The translations under genes were made by a program, and so were the position numbers. The notes below the pieces were generated by a model that was not told where the DNA came from, ran no database searches, and saw nothing but the letters and a program-made list of their open reading frames with translations. Below, in pieces: positions 29,959-43,068 of a DNA stretch of 64,000 nucleotides. How positions within the stretch are numbered: position 1 is the stretch's first letter; each line of letters starts with the position of its first letter. This stretch comes from an uncultured Actinomycetes bacterium (GTDB lineage: Bacteria > Actinomycetota > UBA4738 > HRBIN12): NCBI GenBank assembly GCA_963792215.1, contig CAWBVL010000007.1, positions 134,230-198,229 of the forward strand, read 5' to 3'.

Positions 29959-31487
29959 CCGCCGCTCCCCGCCTGCTCCGACGTCGTATGCATCGGGATC
30001 ACGGTGGTCGCGTGCTCGGGCGAGACCTGCTCAACCACCTGCTTCGTCGTCGGGTCGATCGAGGTGGTCAGCAGCTTCGGATAGACCCCGAACACAAGGA
30101 GCAGCGTGAGCACCGGCACGATCACCAGCACCTCACGCAGCGACACGTCCGGCAACGACCGGTGCTCCTCGCGGATCTCGCCGTAGGCGACCCGCTGGTA
30201 GGACCACAAGAGGTAGATCGCGCCGAGCACGACCGCGACGCTCGCAAGCACCCCGAACACGTGGCTCACCGCGAACGTGCCCACGATGACGAGGAACTCC
30301 CCCACGAAGCTGCTCAGCCCTGGGAGCCCGGCCGAGGCGAACACCGCGAACAGGAAGAACCCGAGCAGCCATGGCATCTGGCTCGCGAGCCCGCCCATCT
30401 TGTCCAGCCGCCGCGTGTGCGTCCGCTCGTAGACCATCCCGACCAGCAGGAACAGCGCACCGGTCGCGAGGCCGTGGTTCACCATCTGCAGGACCCCGCC
30501 GGTGACCGACTGCTCGGTCAGCGCGAACAACCCCAGCAGGACGAACCCGAGGTGGGACACGCTCGAGTACGCGACCAGCCGCTTCACGTCGCGCTGGCCG
30601 AGCGCACACACCGCGCCGTAGATGATCCCGATCACCGCGAGCACTTCGATCGCGGTCGCGAAGTGCTTCGCCGCCTCGGGGAACAGCGTCAGCGTGAACC
30701 GGATCATCCCGTAGGCGCCGACCTTCAACAGGACGCCGGCGAGCAGCACCGAGCCCGCGGTCGGCGCCTCGGTGTGCGCGTCGGGGAGCCACGTGTGCAG
30801 CGGGAACACCGGCACCTTCACCGCGAACGCGACGAAGAACCCGAGGAACAGCCAGCGCGCGGTCTGGACCGGCAGCGTCTGCGCCGGGTCGGCGAGGGCG
30901 CGCAGATCGAACGTGGTCGCCCCGGTGTGCGCGTACAGGAACAGGATCGCAGCGAGCAGGAACGCTGAGCCCGCCATCGTGTACAGGAAGAACTTGAGCG
31001 CCGCGTACACCCGACGCTCGCCGCCCCATCCACCGATCAGCAGATACATCGGGACCAGCAGCGCCTCGAAGAAGATGAAGAAGACGATCAGGTCGAGGGC
31101 GAGGAACGTGCCGAGCACCGCGGTCTCGAGCACGAGCATCGAGATCATGTAGCGACGCACGTCGGTGGTCACCGTCCACGAAGCGAGCACCGACACCGGG
31201 AACAGGAACGTGGTCAGAAGGACGAGCCACAGGCTGATCCCGTCGACGCCGACGATCCACTGCAGCCCGATGCTGGGCACCCACGAGGCTTGCTCGACCA
31301 TCTGGAACCCGGGGTCGGTGTGATCGAACCGGCCGAGCATCGCGAGCGACAACGCGAACGTCACGAGCGTCACGAACAGCGCGAGCCAGCGCGCGGTCGT
31401 ATCGCTCATCTCGCGCCCGCCGAGCACGATCGCGAGCACGCCGAACAAGGGGAAGAAGATCACGGCGGTCAGCAGATGCCCGCTCAT
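29955..31487 (-). CDS. nuoM: NADH-quinone oxidoreductase subunit M (complete cluster)
   Basis: [24 protein letters not shown]; ATGA overlap. Confidence 0.94.
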   Translation of the reverse strand: MSGHLLTAVIFFPLFGVLAIVLGGREMSDTTARWLALFVTLVTFALSLAMLGRFDHTDPGFQMVEQASWVPSIGLQWIVGVDGISLWLVLLTTFLFPVSVLASWTVTTDVRRYMISMLVLETAVLGTFLALDLIVFFIFFEALLVPMYLLIGGWGGERRVYAALKFFLYTMAGSAFLLAAILFLYAHTGATTFDLRALADPAQTLPVQTARWLFLGFFVAFAVKVPVFPLHTWLPDAHTEAPTAGSVLLAGVLLKVGAYGMIRFTLTLFPEAAKHFATAIEVLAVIGIIYGAVCALGQRDVKRLVAYSSVSHLGFVLLGLFALTEQSVTGGVLQMVNHGLATGALFLLVGMVYERTHTRRLDKMGGLASQMPWLLGFFLFAVFASAGLPGLSSFVGEFLVIVGTFAVSHVFGVLASVAVVLGAIYLLWSYQRVAYGEIREEHRSLPDVSLREVLVIVPVLTLLLVFGVYPKLLTTSIDPTTKQVVEQVSPEHATTVIPMHTTSEQAGSGG

Positions 31488-33394
31488 CCGCGCACCCCGA
31501 TGAACCCGAGCACGAGCACCGCGCCGAGGAACAGCACGAGCGCGTACGTCCGTACGAACCCGGTCTGGATCAGCTTGCCCCCCGACGCCGAGCGCTTCAC
31601 CAGCCCGGCGATGCCGTTCACGGCGCCGTCGATCACGAGTGCATCGAACACGTCCGACGTCAGCCGCGCGAGCGCCTTGGCCGGCTGCACGAACACGACG
31701 TCGTAGGCCCGATCGACGTACCAGCCGTTCTGTGCCGCGGTCGCCATCGGTTCGAGCCGCGCGCGGAACGCGACCGTGTCCACCCCTCCGGAGCCGTAGA
31801 TCCACCACGCGATCGCGAGCGAGATGAGCGCGACCGCGACCGCCATGCCGATCAAGGCGGGCACGGACAGCCCGGCGCCCAGCGCCGTCGCGCCCACGAC
31901 CGGCTCGAGCGCCTTCGTGATCGTGCCCTCCGGGTTGAGCTGCAGGATTCCAACGACCACCACGCCGAGCGCGAGCACCACGAGCGGCACGAGCACCACG
32001 AGTTGCGACTCATGCGCGTGCTCGGCGGCGGCGGACCGTTCCCCTCCCAGGAACGTCATGCAGATCATCCGGCCGATGTAGAACGCGGTCAGGAACGCCG
32101 CGACCGTGCCGAGCACGAACACGACCTCGCGCCCCGTGTGGTTGGCGACCTCGAGCAGTGCGTCCTTCGCGAAGAACCCCGCGAGCGGCGGCACACCAGC
32201 CTGCGCGAGGCCGCCGATCGCGAAGGTCGCGAACGTCCACGGCATCGCACGGCGGAGGCCACCCATCTGCCGCATGTCCTGTTCGTCGTGCATCCCGTGG
32301 ATCACCGAGCCGGCGCCCAGGAACATCAGCGCCTTGTAGCAGGCGTGCGCGACGAGGAAGAACATCGCGACGCCGTAGGCGCGCATGCCGACCGCGATGA
32401 ACATGTAGCCGAGCTGGCTGATCGTCGAGTACGCGAGCACGCGTTTGATGTCGAACTGCGCGATCGCGCACGTCGCCGCGAACAACGCCGTCGCGACGCC
32501 CACCACCAGCACGACGGTGAGCGCGACCCCGGAGATCTCGAACAGGACGTGCGACCGCACCACGAGATACACGCCAGCGGTCACCATCGTGGCCGCGTGG
32601 ATCAACGCCGAGACCGGCGTCGGACCGGCCATCGCGTCGGGCAACCAGACCTGCAGCGGCAGCTGCGCCGACTTCCCGATCGCGCCGGCGAACAACAGCA
32701 GCGCGATCACGGTCGCGGCGTTCTTGGTCAGCACGCTGCCCGCGGTGCCGAAGATCGCCTCGAAGTCGAGCGTGCCGAACTTGAACACCAGCAAGGCGAG
32801 CCCGATCAGCATCAGGGTGTCGCCGATCCGCGTCGTGATGAACGCCTTCTTCGCGGCCTCCGCGTTGCCCGGCACCGTGAACCAGAACCCGATGAGCAGG
32901 TAGGAGCAGAGGCCGACCCCCTCCCACCCGAGGTACAGCACCAGGTAGTTCGCGCCCAGAACCAGCATCAGCATGAAGAACACGAACAGGTTCATGTAGG
33001 CGAAGAACCGACCCCGCCGCGGGTCCTCGGCCATGTACCCGATCGAGTACAGGTGGATCAGCGCGCCGATCCCGGTGACCACCATGATCATCGTGGCGCT
33101 GAGCGTGTCGAGCCGCAGGTCCGCGCCGACGTTGAACCCGCCGACCGAGATCCAATCGAAGAGGTGCTGGAGGGCGAGCCGGTCGTCGGTCGCGTACGAC
33201 AACAGGTTGAGCACAGCCGCGACCGAGACGCCGAACGACAGGAAGACCGTGGCGGTCCCGAGCACGCCCGCCCACTTCCCGAGGCGGTTCCCGAAGAACA
33301 GGTTGATCGCAGCGCCGGCGAGCGGGAGCGCCGGGATCAGCCACAGGGTGCTGACGGCGTGCGGAACGAGCGCGCCTACCACCGCATCTACCAC
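31484..33394 (-). CDS. nuoL: NADH-quinone oxidoreductase subunit L (complete cluster)
   Basis: [32 protein letters not shown]; start uncertain (33394 or 33382). Confidence 0.93.
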   Translation of the reverse strand: MVDAVVGALVPHAVSTLWLIPALPLAGAAINLFFGNRLGKWAGVLGTATVFLSFGVSVAAVLNLLSYATDDRLALQHLFDWISVGGFNVGADLRLDTLSATMIMVVTGIGALIHLYSIGYMAEDPRRGRFFAYMNLFVFFMLMLVLGANYLVLYLGWEGVGLCSYLLIGFWFTVPGNAEAAKKAFITTRIGDTLMLIGLALLVFKFGTLDFEAIFGTAGSVLTKNAATVIALLLFAGAIGKSAQLPLQVWLPDAMAGPTPVSALIHAATMVTAGVYLVVRSHVLFEISGVALTVVLVVGVATALFAATCAIAQFDIKRVLAYSTISQLGYMFIAVGMRAYGVAMFFLVAHACYKALMFLGAGSVIHGMHDEQDMRQMGGLRRAMPWTFATFAIGGLAQAGVPPLAGFFAKDALLEVANHTGREVVFVLGTVAAFLTAFYIGRMICMTFLGGERSAAAEHAHESQLVVLVPLVVLALGVVVVGILQLNPEGTITKALEPVVGATALGAGLSVPALIGMAVAVALISLAIAWWIYGSGGVDTVAFRARLEPMATAAQNGWYVDRAYDVVFVQPAKALARLTSDVFDALVIDGAVNGIAGLVKRSASGGKLIQTGFVRTYALVLFLGAVLVLGFIGVRG

Positions 33395-33689
33395 CGCATC
33401 TCTCGGACAGCGTCGACATCGATCGTCCGCCGACGCCGGTAGATCGACACGATGATCGCGAGGCCGACGACCACCTCGGCCGCCGCCACCACCATCGAGA
33501 AGAAGGCCAGCACCTGCCCGCCAAGGTCGTTGTGCATCCGTGCGAACGAGACGAGCGTCAGGTTGACCGCGTTCAGCATCAGCTCGACCGACATGAAGAT
33601 CCGCAGCGCATTGCGGTTGATCAGCACGCCGACGGTGCCGAGCGAGAACAAGATCCCGCCCAACAACAGGAAGTAGGCGATCGGCGTCC

Positions 33690-33693
<4 letters not shown>
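33388..33693 (-). CDS. nuoK: NADH-quinone oxidoreductase subunit K (complete cluster)
   Basis: [25 protein letters not shown]. Confidence 0.92.
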
Positions 33694-34289
<596 letters not shown>

Positions 34290-34802
34290 CTAGATGCCCT
34301 CCTTGTCCACCGGGTCGGTGCCGAGCGGCGGCGGCGCCTCGAGGAGCATGTCCTTGGTCCAGATCGCGTCCTCACGCGAGGTGAACGCCATCTCGTAGTA
34401 ACTCGTCAGCGTGAGCGCGCGCGTCGGGCACGCCTCCACGCACAGGCCGCACATGATGCAGCGCAGGTAATTGATCTGATAGTCCTTCGCGTACCGCTCC
34501 CCCGGGCTCACCGGCGCCGCCGGATCGTTGTCTTCGCCTTCGACCCAGATCGCGTCGGCCGGGCACGCGTACGCACAGAGCTCGCACCCGATGCACTTCT
34601 CCAGACCGTTCTCGTGGCGATTCAGCCGGTGGCGCCCGATGTGCGAGCGCGGCGGCGGCGGCACGATCTCCTTCGGGTACTGCTCGGTGTTGTCGCGCCG
34701 GAACGTCTGCTTGAAGACCGTCGCAAGGCCCTTGGCCACCGCCCACACGGGCGAGGACGGGCGCGCTTGCTCCTGGTCGCGGCGCTCGCGGTCCTCGCTC
34801 AT
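34290..34802 (-). CDS. nuoI: NADH-quinone oxidoreductase subunit I (complete cluster)
   Basis: [12 protein letters not shown] and [12 protein letters not shown]. Confidence 0.94.
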   Translation of the reverse strand: MSEDRERRDQEQARPSSPVWAVAKGLATVFKQTFRRDNTEQYPKEIVPPPPRSHIGRHRLNRHENGLEKCIGCELCAYACPADAIWVEGEDNDPAAPVSPGERYAKDYQINYLRCIMCGLCVEACPTRALTLTSYYEMAFTSREDAIWTKDMLLEAPPPLGTDPVDKEGI

Positions 34803-35947
34803 GCGGTCGACTCCTCTTGTGCTGCGGGTTGCGCCTCCGACTTGGGCGCCTCGAGCAGTGGCTTCATGAACGACCCGACCAGCCATGCGGCCACGATCAG
34901 ACCGACCGCAAGGAACGCGCCCTTGCGCCGGCCGTACGTGTCGGGCAGCACGATGATCGCGCCGGTCGCGAGCACCCAGAACAGGCCGAACGGGATCAGG
35001 TACTTCCACCCGAAGTTCATCAGGCGGTCGTAACGCAGCCGCGGCAGCGTCCCGCGCACAAGGATCCAGACGTAGAGGACCACGATCAGCTTCAGGAAGA
35101 ACCAGAACAGTCCGCCGACGACGAACCACGCGCCCTCCCACGGCCACGGCCCGCGCCACCCGCCGAGGAACAGCGTCACGACGATCGACGCGGCGACCAC
35201 CGTGTTGACGTACTCGCCGAGCTGGAACATCGCGAACGAGATCCCCGAGTACTCGGTGTGATAGCCGGCGACGAGCTCGGACTCGGCCTCGGCCAAGTCG
35301 AACGGCGGCCGGTTCACCTCGGCGAGCGCGCAGATCATGAACACGACGAACGCCGGGAACTGCGGGATCACGTACCAGACCTTGTCCTGCGCATCGACGA
35401 TCTCGGACATGCGCAGGTGGCCGGCGAACATGATCAGCGCGACGAGCGACAGACCCATGGCGACCTCGTAGCTGACCATCTGCGCGCTCGAGCGCACACC
35501 GCCGAGCAGCGGATAGTTCGAGCCGCTCGACCAGCCCGCGAGCACGACCGTGTAGACGCCGATCGACGTCATCGCGAGCACCCAGAGGACGCCGACGGAG
35601 ATGTCGGCGAGCTGCAGCCCGACCGTTCGCCCGAAGATCTGGACCGACGGGCCGAAGGGCACCACGGCGATCGCGAGGAACCCAGGGATCACCGCGAGCG
35701 CCGGCGCCATCCGGTACACCCACCGGTCGGCGTTCGTCGGATGGATCATCTCCTTGAAGAAGAGCTTGAGCCCGTCGGCGAGCGTGAGGAGGACGCCGCG
35801 CGGGCCTGCGCGCATGGGGCCTGTCCGCGTCTGGAAGTCGGCGATCACCTTGCGCTCCATCCAGATGACGAGCAGGACCGTCACGAGCAGCGCGGCGAAG
35901 ACGATCACGACCTTGCCGATCAGCACGCCCCAGTCGATCCAGGTCAC
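34799..35947 (-). CDS. nuoH: NADH-quinone oxidoreductase subunit H (complete cluster)
   Basis: ERKV...[28 protein letters not shown]. Confidence 0.94.
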   Translation of the reverse strand: MTWIDWGVLIGKVVIVFAALLVTVLLVIWMERKVIADFQTRTGPMRAGPRGVLLTLADGLKLFFKEMIHPTNADRWVYRMAPALAVIPGFLAIAVVPFGPSVQIFGRTVGLQLADISVGVLWVLAMTSIGVYTVVLAGWSSGSNYPLLGGVRSSAQMVSYEVAMGLSLVALIMFAGHLRMSEIVDAQDKVWYVIPQFPAFVVFMICALAEVNRPPFDLAEAESELVAGYHTEYSGISFAMFQLGEYVNTVVAASIVVTLFLGGWRGPWPWEGAWFVVGGLFWFFLKLIVVLYVWILVRGTLPRLRYDRLMNFGWKYLIPFGLFWVLATGAIIVLPDTYGRRKGAFLAVGLIVAAWLVGSFMKPLLEAPKSEAQPAAQEESTA

Positions 35948-38364
35948 GCGGACTCCCTTGCGAGGGCAACCGGCTCGGCGTCGACCTCCGCGTCGGCCCC
36001 TGGTGCCTCCGGTGTTTCGACGGCCTCGAGTTCGACGGGCACGGTGAAGGCGCCGGCGAGGAGCGTGTTGGCCGCGAACCCAGGCTGGTTGAAGGGAACG
36101 AAGACCGTTCCTTCCGCGACGCGGTCGGTCACGTGCGCGGGCAGGACGGCCTCGCCGGCTGCCGTGCGCAACCGGACGCCGAGGCCATCGGCGAGGCCGT
36201 GGGCCTGCGCGTCGCGTGGGTTGACCTCCGCGAACGGCGGGTCGCCGAGCGCCTCGTGGAGCTCGGGCACGTCTTGCACCATCCGGCCGTCGTCGATCAA
36301 CAGCGGGTAGGTCACAAGGATGAGCCCGTCGGCGGCCGGCTCGGACGATGCCGCCCGAGCCGGTTCCTCGGAAGCCTCGCGCGGTGCGAGCAGGCGGCCC
36401 ATCTCGTCGTGCAGTTCGTCGAGCGTGTCGAACCCGAGGTCGCTGCCGGACGCGGCGGCGAGACCGGCGAAGATCTCCCAATCCGGCCGGCTGATCCCCG
36501 CGGGCGTGCGGAGCGGCCGCACCCACTGGCTGCGGCCCTCCCAATCGCTCACGTGGCCGTCGCGCTCGAGGATCGACGCGGCCGGCAGGAACACCGTCAC
36601 GTACGGCTCGAGGTTGTCGAGCTCGAGCGACTGCACCACGACGGTGTCCACGTTCTGCAGCGCGCGGCGCGCGAGCGCGGCGTCCGGCGCGTCACGGAGC
36701 GGGTCCACGCCGACCAGGTACAGGACGTCCAGCTCGCGGTCAGCGGCCGCGCGCAGGATCTCGGTCGCGTCGCGCCCGGGTCCGGTCGACATCACCGGTC
36801 CCCACACCCGCTCGAGCTCGTCGCGTTCCGCTGGATCGTCGAGCCGCCGTCCGCCGGGGCCGAGCGCGGGGTGGACACCAGCGGCGAGCGTCCCGCGATC
36901 ACCGGCGCGCCTCGTCGCGAAGACATAGCGTGCACCGTTGGCCTCGGCCGCCCCGAACGCCGCGGCTCCGGCGCCGGGTCGCTCGCCGGCGATGACCACA
37001 CCGCGGCCCTCGGCATCCCGAAGTGCCGAGAGTGCAGCGTCCAGCGTCTCGTTCGCGCCGCCGGCGAGGAGCCTCGCTTCATCGCCGGGCCGGCACAGCA
37101 CGTGCTCGGCGACGTCGAACAGCCGCGTCTCCCTCGGGTGCACCACGACGATCCGCGCCCCGCGATTCGCCGCCTTCCGCAACCTGAGGTGCAGGATCGG
37201 GATCTCTTGTTCTGCGTCGAGGCCGACCACGACGATCACCGGTGCCTGCTCGAGGTCGCGGTACGTGACGGCGCGATCGCGATCGGTCGCCATCAACGCG
37301 GCACGCCTGTCGACCTCGACCGGTTGCGGCACCCGACGGTGGTCGATGTCGTTCGTCCCGAGTACCGTCCGCGCGAGCTTGGCCAACGCGTAGGCGTCCT
37401 CATCCATCAGCCGGCCACCGGTGAGCACACCGACGCGTGCCGCACGGCACGCGTCCGCTACCCGCATCAACGCCTCGCCGAACGACGCCGGCTCAAGGCC
37501 GCGGTCACGCACCAGCGGGGTCGTGATCCGCGTCGGCTGGTCGTCGTGGCGGAACGCGAACCGCCCCTTGTCGCAGATCCACGCGTCGTTCACCTCGGGG
37601 TTGTCGCGCGCAAGGACGCGCACGACATCGCCACGACGCTGGTCGACCCGCACGACGCACCCAGCGCTGCAATGCCGGCAGACGCTGTCCGCGCTCGTCA
37701 GGTCGAACGGCCGCGCGACGAAGCGGTACGGCGTCGCCGTCAGGGCACCGACCGGACAGATCTGCACGACGTTCCCGCTGAACGGCGACGCCAGGTCCTC
37801 CCCCGCGGCGATCGAGACGCGCTGACCAGCCCCGCGCGCGTACATCTCAAGGAACCGGTCGCCGGTGATCTCGTCGCAGAACCGCGTGCATCGGGCGCAC
37901 AACACGCACCGTTCGCGGTCGAGGCCGACGAGCGGCGACATCGGGATCGGCTTCGGGAACACCCGCTTGGCTTCGATGAACCGGCTCTCCCCCGGCCCGA
38001 ACGCGAGCGCCTGATCCTGTAGCGGGCACTCGCCGCCGCGGTCGCAGATCGGGCAGTCCAGCGGGTGGTTCAACAAGAGGAACTCGAGGTTCGCGACCTG
38101 CGCCTCGCGGGCGGCATCGCTCGTGTTCTGGGTCGACACGACCATGCCCGGGGCGACGGTCACGGTGCACGACGTCGCGAGCTTCGGCTGGCCCTCGATC
38201 TGGACGTAGCACTGGCGGCACGCGCCGGCCGGCGCCAGATACGGGTGATCGCAGAACCGCGGAACCTCGACACCGACCTGCTCGGCCGCGCGGATGATCA
38301 GTGTGCCCTTCGGCACCGTGACCTCCGTGCCGTCGATCGTCAGCGTCACGAGGTTGGCGCTCAC
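35944..38364 (-). CDS. nuoG: NADH-quinone oxidoreductase subunit G
   Basis: PRFCDHP...[14 protein letters not shown]...EC, CVLCARC...CPVG, plus N7-type CRHCSAGC...CDKGRF. Confidence 0.93.
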   Translation of the reverse strand: MSANLVTLTIDGTEVTVPKGTLIIRAAEQVGVEVPRFCDHPYLAPAGACRQCYVQIEGQPKLATSCTVTVAPGMVVSTQNTSDAAREAQVANLEFLLLNHPLDCPICDRGGECPLQDQALAFGPGESRFIEAKRVFPKPIPMSPLVGLDRERCVLCARCTRFCDEITGDRFLEMYARGAGQRVSIAAGEDLASPFSGNVVQICPVGALTATPYRFVARPFDLTSADSVCRHCSAGCVVRVDQRRGDVVRVLARDNPEVNDAWICDKGRFAFRHDDQPTRITTPLVRDRGLEPASFGEALMRVADACRAARVGVLTGGRLMDEDAYALAKLARTVLGTNDIDHRRVPQPVEVDRRAALMATDRDRAVTYRDLEQAPVIVVVGLDAEQEIPILHLRLRKAANRGARIVVVHPRETRLFDVAEHVLCRPGDEARLLAGGANETLDAALSALRDAEGRGVVIAGERPGAGAAAFGAAEANGARYVFATRRAGDRGTLAAGVHPALGPGGRRLDDPAERDELERVWGPVMSTGPGRDATEILRAAADRELDVLYLVGVDPLRDAPDAALARRALQNVDTVVVQSLELDNLEPYVTVFLPAASILERDGHVSDWEGRSQWVRPLRTPAGISRPDWEIFAGLAAASGSDLGFDTLDELHDEMGRLLAPREASEEPARAASSEPAADGLILVTYPLLIDDGRMVQDVPELHEALGDPPFAEVNPRDAQAHGLADGLGVRLRTAAGEAVLPAHVTDRVAEGTVFVPFNQPGFAANTLLAGAFTVPVELEAVETPEAPGADAEVDAEPVALARESA

Positions 38365-39677
38365 GAGGCCACCACCCCCTGCATCTCTGGCACCTCGGCT
38401 TCGGCCGGCGCATCCTGCAGCGGACAGCGCCCGAGCCGGACGTGCTCCTCGTACTCGTCGGCGAAGTGCTGCAGCGACGAATTGATCACCGACGCGGTGC
38501 CGTCGGCGAGCGCGCAGAAGGCACGGAACAGCGTGTTCTTCCCGACGTCGTGCATCAGCGGGATGTCGACCTCGCGACCGTAGCCGTGCTCGATCCGCGC
38601 AAGGACGCGCGTCGCCCACCAGCTTCCTTCGCGGCACGGCGTGCACTTGCCGCACGACTCGTGCGCGTAGAACGCGACCATCCGCTGCGCGCAGTCGACG
38701 ACGCAGTCGGTCTCATCCATCACCATGATCGCCGCGGTGCCGAGCAGCGAGCCTGCGGCCGACAGCGACTCGTAGTCCAGCGCGGTGTCGATGTGCGCCG
38801 CCGTGAGCATCGGGGTGGACGAGCCGCCCGGCGTCCACGCCTTGAGCGACCCATCGCCGAGCATCCCGCCGCCGAGGTCGTCGAGCACTTCTCGGAAGGG
38901 CGTCCCGAGCGCGATCTCGTAGTTGCCCGGCCGCTCGACCTTACCGCTGATCGTGATCATCTTGGTCCCGGGCGACTTCTCGGTCCCGACCTCGCGGAAC
39001 CAGTCGGCGCCGCGGTCGATGATGTCGGGCACGTTCATCAGCGTCTCGACGTTGTTGATCACGGTCGGACTCGCGTACAGCCCTTCGACCGCCGGGAACG
39101 GCGGACGCAAACGCGGCTGGCCGCGCACGCCTTCCAAGGAGTTGAGGAGCGCCGTCTCCTCGCCGCAGATATAGGCGCCCGCGCCGCGGTGCAACACGAT
39201 GTCGACCCGGGTGCCCGACCCTGCAACGTCACCGCCGAGGTAGCCGGCCGCGTACGCCTCGCCGATCGCGCGCTCGAGCACGATCGACTGCCACAGGTAT
39301 TCGCCGCGCACATAGATGAACGCGGTCTCGCAGCCGATCGCGCGCGCCGCGATCGCGGTGCCCTCGAGCAGCCGGTGCGGCTCGCGCTCGACCAGCTCGC
39401 GGTTGTTGCACGTCCCCGGCTCGGATTCGTCGAAGTTGACGACGACGTACGTCGGCTTGCCGGTGTCGCGCGGCACGAAGCCCCACTTCATCCCCGTCGG
39501 GAACCCGGCGCCCCCACGCCCGCGCAAGCCGCTCGCCTTGACGACCTCGACGAGGTCGGCGTCGCTCATCGCGACCGCTTTCTTCAGTCCCGCGTAGCCA
39601 CCGGCCGCGACGTAGCCGTCGAGCCCGATCGCGTCGGCGTTCGACCAGTTGCGTGTCAGGCGCGGCTCGAACGTCAC
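38361..39677 (-). CDS. nuoF: NADH-quinone oxidoreductase subunit F
   Basis: GLRGRGGAGFPTG, DESEPG, GAYICGEETAL, ESCGKCTPCREG. Confidence 0.95.
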   Translation of the reverse strand: MTFEPRLTRNWSNADAIGLDGYVAAGGYAGLKKAVAMSDADLVEVVKASGLRGRGGAGFPTGMKWGFVPRDTGKPTYVVVNFDESEPGTCNNRELVEREPHRLLEGTAIAARAIGCETAFIYVRGEYLWQSIVLERAIGEAYAAGYLGGDVAGSGTRVDIVLHRGAGAYICGEETALLNSLEGVRGQPRLRPPFPAVEGLYASPTVINNVETLMNVPDIIDRGADWFREVGTEKSPGTKMITISGKVERPGNYEIALGTPFREVLDDLGGGMLGDGSLKAWTPGGSSTPMLTAAHIDTALDYESLSAAGSLLGTAAIMVMDETDCVVDCAQRMVAFYAHESCGKCTPCREGSWWATRVLARIEHGYGREVDIPLMHDVGKNTLFRAFCALADGTASVINSSLQHFADEYEEHVRLGRCPLQDAPAEAEVPEMQGVVAS

Positions 39678-40267
39678 GAGGCCGGCACCTCCTCGAGGCC
39701 TGCCAGCGCACGGGACGCGGCCTTGAAGTTCGCGAACACCGGACCGCGCGCCGGGGCAGGCACATCGCCACCGCGCAGCGACGCGATCAGCTCGCGCATC
39801 CGCTCGGGCGTGACCTCGTCGTGGTTGCAGAAGTCGACCTGCACCGCCGGCGCGTGGTCGCACACGCCGAGGCACTCCTCTTCATGGACGGTGAACAACC
39901 CGTCGTCGGACCTTTCGGCGCCCTGCGCCACGCCCGCGGCTTCGTGCGCCGCCACGTACACCGCGTTCGCGCCACGCAACTTGCACGCAAGGTTGGTGCA
40001 GACGTTCACGACGTGCTCGCCGGTCGGCCGCAACCGGTACATCGAGTAGAAGGTCGCGACCGCTTCCACCTCCGCGGTCGTGATCCCGAGCAGCTCGCCG
40101 ATCTCGCGGAGCGCGTCCTGCGTCACCATCCCGTCGAGCGACTGCGCGAGGTAGAGCAGCGGCATGATCGCCGAACGCTCATGCGACGCCGGGTATCGGG
40201 CCATGATCGCCCGCGCGTCGTCGAGCGTCGCTCCCTCGAAGACCCTCTCGTCCCCGCCGGGCCGCAT
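39674..40267 (-). CDS. nuoE: NADH-quinone oxidoreductase subunit E
   Basis: VATFYSM, CTNLAC, ECLGVC. Confidence 0.93.
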   Translation of the reverse strand: MRPGGDERVFEGATLDDARAIMARYPASHERSAIMPLLYLAQSLDGMVTQDALREIGELLGITTAEVEAVATFYSMYRLRPTGEHVVNVCTNLACKLRGANAVYVAAHEAAGVAQGAERSDDGLFTVHEEECLGVCDHAPAVQVDFCNHDEVTPERMRELIASLRGGDVPAPARGPVFANFKAASRALAGLEEVPAS

Positions 40268-41579
40268 CAGCGATCGACCCCGCCCATCACCGGATCGATC
40301 GAGGCGATCGCCGGGATGATGTCGGCGATCAGCGCGCCCTCGATCAGATCGGCACCGCCTGCAGGTTCACGAACGAGGGGTCTCGGATCTTGACCCGGTA
40401 CGGCCGGTTCCCACCGTCGGAGACCACGTACATCCCGAGCTCGCCGCGCGGCGCCTCGACCACCGTGTAGACCTCGCCCGGCGGCACCTCCACGCCCTGC
40501 GTCACCATCTTGAAGTGATGGATCAGGGCTTCCATCGACTCTTCCATGATGTGGGCGAGGTACGCGGGGTCGTTGCCGATCCCATCCGGGCCGACCGAGA
40601 GCTTCCCCTGCCACCCGACCTTGGGATCGTCGATCATCACCGGGCCCGGCGTGTCGGCCAGCCGCGAGAACGCCTGCTCGACGATCTTCAGCGATTCGCG
40701 CATCTCGTCGATCCGCACGCGGTAGCGCGCGTACGCGTCGCCCTCGGTGCGTGTGATCACATCGAAGTCGTAGGTCTCATAGCCGCAGTAGGGCTCGTCC
40801 TTGCGGAGGTCGAGCGCGACGCCGGCGCTCCTGAGCGGTGGCCCGGTGATGCCGAGCTGCATGCAGCGCTCGGCCGACATGACGGCGACGTCGGTGTTCC
40901 GCTCGCGCCAGATCGGGTTGTCGTTCAGCAGCGTCTCGTACTCGTCGATGCGATGCGGCAGCAGGTCGATCAGGTCGCGGAGCTTCCGCGGCGCCTCCTC
41001 CGGCAGGTCCATCACGAGGCCGCCGGGGCGGATGTACGCGTGGTTCATCCGTAGGCCGGTGATGGTCTCGAAGATCTCCATGATCAGCTCGCGTTCACGA
41101 AGGCCGTAGAGCATCACCGACGAGGCGCCGAGCTCGAGGCCGCCGGTCGCGAGCGCCACCAGGTGCGACGTGATCCGGTTCAGCTCGCAGACGAGCACGC
41201 GGATCACCTCCGCGCGCGGGGGGACCTCGACGCCGAGCAGCCGCTCGACCGCCATGCAGTACGCGAGCTCGTTGAAGAACGGCGCGACGTAGTCAGCACG
41301 CGTGACGTAGGTCACGCCCTGCACCCACGAGCGGTACTCGGTGTTCTTCTCGATGCCGGTATGCAGGTAGCCGATCACCGGCTTGACCCGGATGATCGTT
41401 TCGCCGTCGAGCTCCAACAGCAGGCGAAGCACCCCGTGCGTCGAGGGGTGCTGCGGCCCCATGTTGATGATCATCGTTTCCTGGCGGTAGTCGCCCGTCG
41501 ACGGATCGCGGAAGCCCTCGGCGACGTCGCCGGACGGATCGAACGGCGCGAGGGGGAGGTCCTGGCGGCTGGTGCTCAC
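40267..41579 (-). CDS. nuoD: NADH-quinone oxidoreductase subunit D, apparent frameshift near 40348
   Basis: [30 protein letters not shown]; C-terminal [13 protein letters not shown] lies in another frame (ORF 40267..40614). Confidence 0.92.
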
Positions 41580-42079
41580 GCCATGCCCCGCTCGTCGATC
41601 GGCGGCATCGTCGCGCCGCCCTTGAACCACGTCGGCACCCCGCCGAGCGGCTCGTCCTTGCGGAGCGGATACCCGGACCAACCGGCGGGCAACAGGATCC
41701 GCGTCAGGTCCGGGTGCCCGTCGAACACGATCCCGTACAGGTCGAACGTCTCGCGCTCGTGCCAGTTCGCCGTGGGGAACAGCTCGGTGACGCTCGGCAC
41801 ATGCTGGTCGTCCTCACGCACCGGCACCTTCACGCGCAGGCGCTGCGCGAGCGCGGTCGACCGCAGCTCGTACACCACCCAGAACGCAGGGTCGCGGTCG
41901 GGCCAGTGCGTCGCGGTCACCGACGAGAGCGCGTCAAGCTGGATGCCGCGCTCGTCGCGGAGCCACGCCAGCGCCTCGAGCAGCTCGTCGCGGTCGATCA
42001 CGACGGTCGCTTCGCCGCGCGCCACGACGACGTCCGGATAGCGGGCGCCCACCGACTCCGCGAGCTCGGTGACGCTCAC
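41576..42079 (-). CDS. nuoC: NADH-quinone oxidoreductase subunit C (complete cluster)
   Basis: [20 protein letters not shown]. Confidence 0.92.
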   Translation of the reverse strand: MSVTELAESVGARYPDVVVARGEATVVIDRDELLEALAWLRDERGIQLDALSSVTATHWPDRDPAFWVVYELRSTALAQRLRVKVPVREDDQHVPSVTELFPTANWHERETFDLYGIVFDGHPDLTRILLPAGWSGYPLRKDEPLGGVPTWFKGGATMPPIDERGMA

Positions 42080-42594
42080 TTGAACGGTTCCTCCGTCCGC
42101 ACCTTCTTCTGGAGCGTGAGGATCCCGTACATCAACATCTCGGGCTTCGGCGGGCAGCCCGGCACGTAGACGTCGACGGGCACGATCGTGTCGACGCCCT
42201 GCACGACAGCGTAGTTGGTGAACATCCCGCCGGCGGACGCGCACACGCCCATCGAGATGACCCACTTCGGGTCGGCCATCTGGTCGTAGATCCGGCGGAG
42301 CGCCGGCGCCATCTTCTGCGAGACGCGGCCCGACACGATCATCAGGTCGGCCTGGCGCGGCGACGCGCGGAAGACCTCCATCCCCCAGCGGGACAGGTCG
42401 TACTGCCCGGCGCCGGTGGCCATCATCTCGATCGCGCAGCAGGCGAGCCCGAACGTCGCCGGCCACATCGACTGCTTGCGCGCCCAACCGATCGCGCGGT
42501 CCATCGTGGTCAGCAGGACGCCGCGCTCGACCTCGTCCTCGATCTCCTCCGGGGTGGTGCCGAGATGCACGCCCTCGTAGCGTTCAACCGGCAT
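42076..42594 (-). CDS. nuoB: NADH-quinone oxidoreductase subunit B (complete cluster)
   Basis: [21 protein letters not shown]. Confidence 0.95.
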   Translation of the reverse strand: MPVERYEGVHLGTTPEEIEDEVERGVLLTTMDRAIGWARKQSMWPATFGLACCAIEMMATGAGQYDLSRWGMEVFRASPRQADLMIVSGRVSQKMAPALRRIYDQMADPKWVISMGVCASAGGMFTNYAVVQGVDTIVPVDVYVPGCPPKPEMLMYGILTLQKKVRTEEPFK

Positions 42595-43045
42595 GCGCGG
42601 CCTCCTCCAGCGCGCGCTCCCGCTCCAGCTCCTGCGCGCGCTCGCGCGCGACGACCTCCTCCGGCTCGCTCGGGGTCACGACCTCGTGGGCCCAATCGAA
42701 CCCGCCCTTGCGCCAGATGTAGGCGTAGGCGACGAACACCAGCCCCACGAACACGGCCATCTCCACGAGGCCGAAGAGCCCGAGGCGCCGGAACGATACG
42801 GCCCACGGGAACAGGAAGATCGTCTCGATGTCGAAGATGATGAACAGCATCGCGACGACGTAGAACTTGACGCTGAACCGCTCGCCGCGGGGCAGCCGCA
42901 CCGGGTCGTTGCCGCACTCGTATGCCGAGCTCTTGACCGGGTTCGGGTGATTCGGACGCAGCAGCGACGAGGCGGCGATGGAGCCGACCGCGAAGATCGC
43001 CGCGAGCCCGCCCATCACCACGATCGGCAGGTACTCGGTCAGCAT
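42584..43045 (-). CDS. nuoA: NADH-quinone oxidoreductase subunit A (complete cluster)
   Basis: [19 protein letters not shown]. Confidence 0.94.
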   Translation of the reverse strand: MLTEYLPIVVMGGLAAIFAVGSIAASSLLRPNHPNPVKSSAYECGNDPVRLPRGERFSVKFYVVAMLFIIFDIETIFLFPWAVSFRRLGLFGLVEMAVFVGLVFVAYAYIWRKGGFDWAHEVVTPSEPEEVVARERAQELERERALEEAAHAG

Positions 43046-43068
43046 CGCGCCATCCTACGAGGCATGGT

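Noticed and set aside
40340-40355. Programmed frameshifting in nuoD, rex or the PLP enzymes
   Set aside because: No slippery heptamer or shared context at the six sites; sequencing error is simpler
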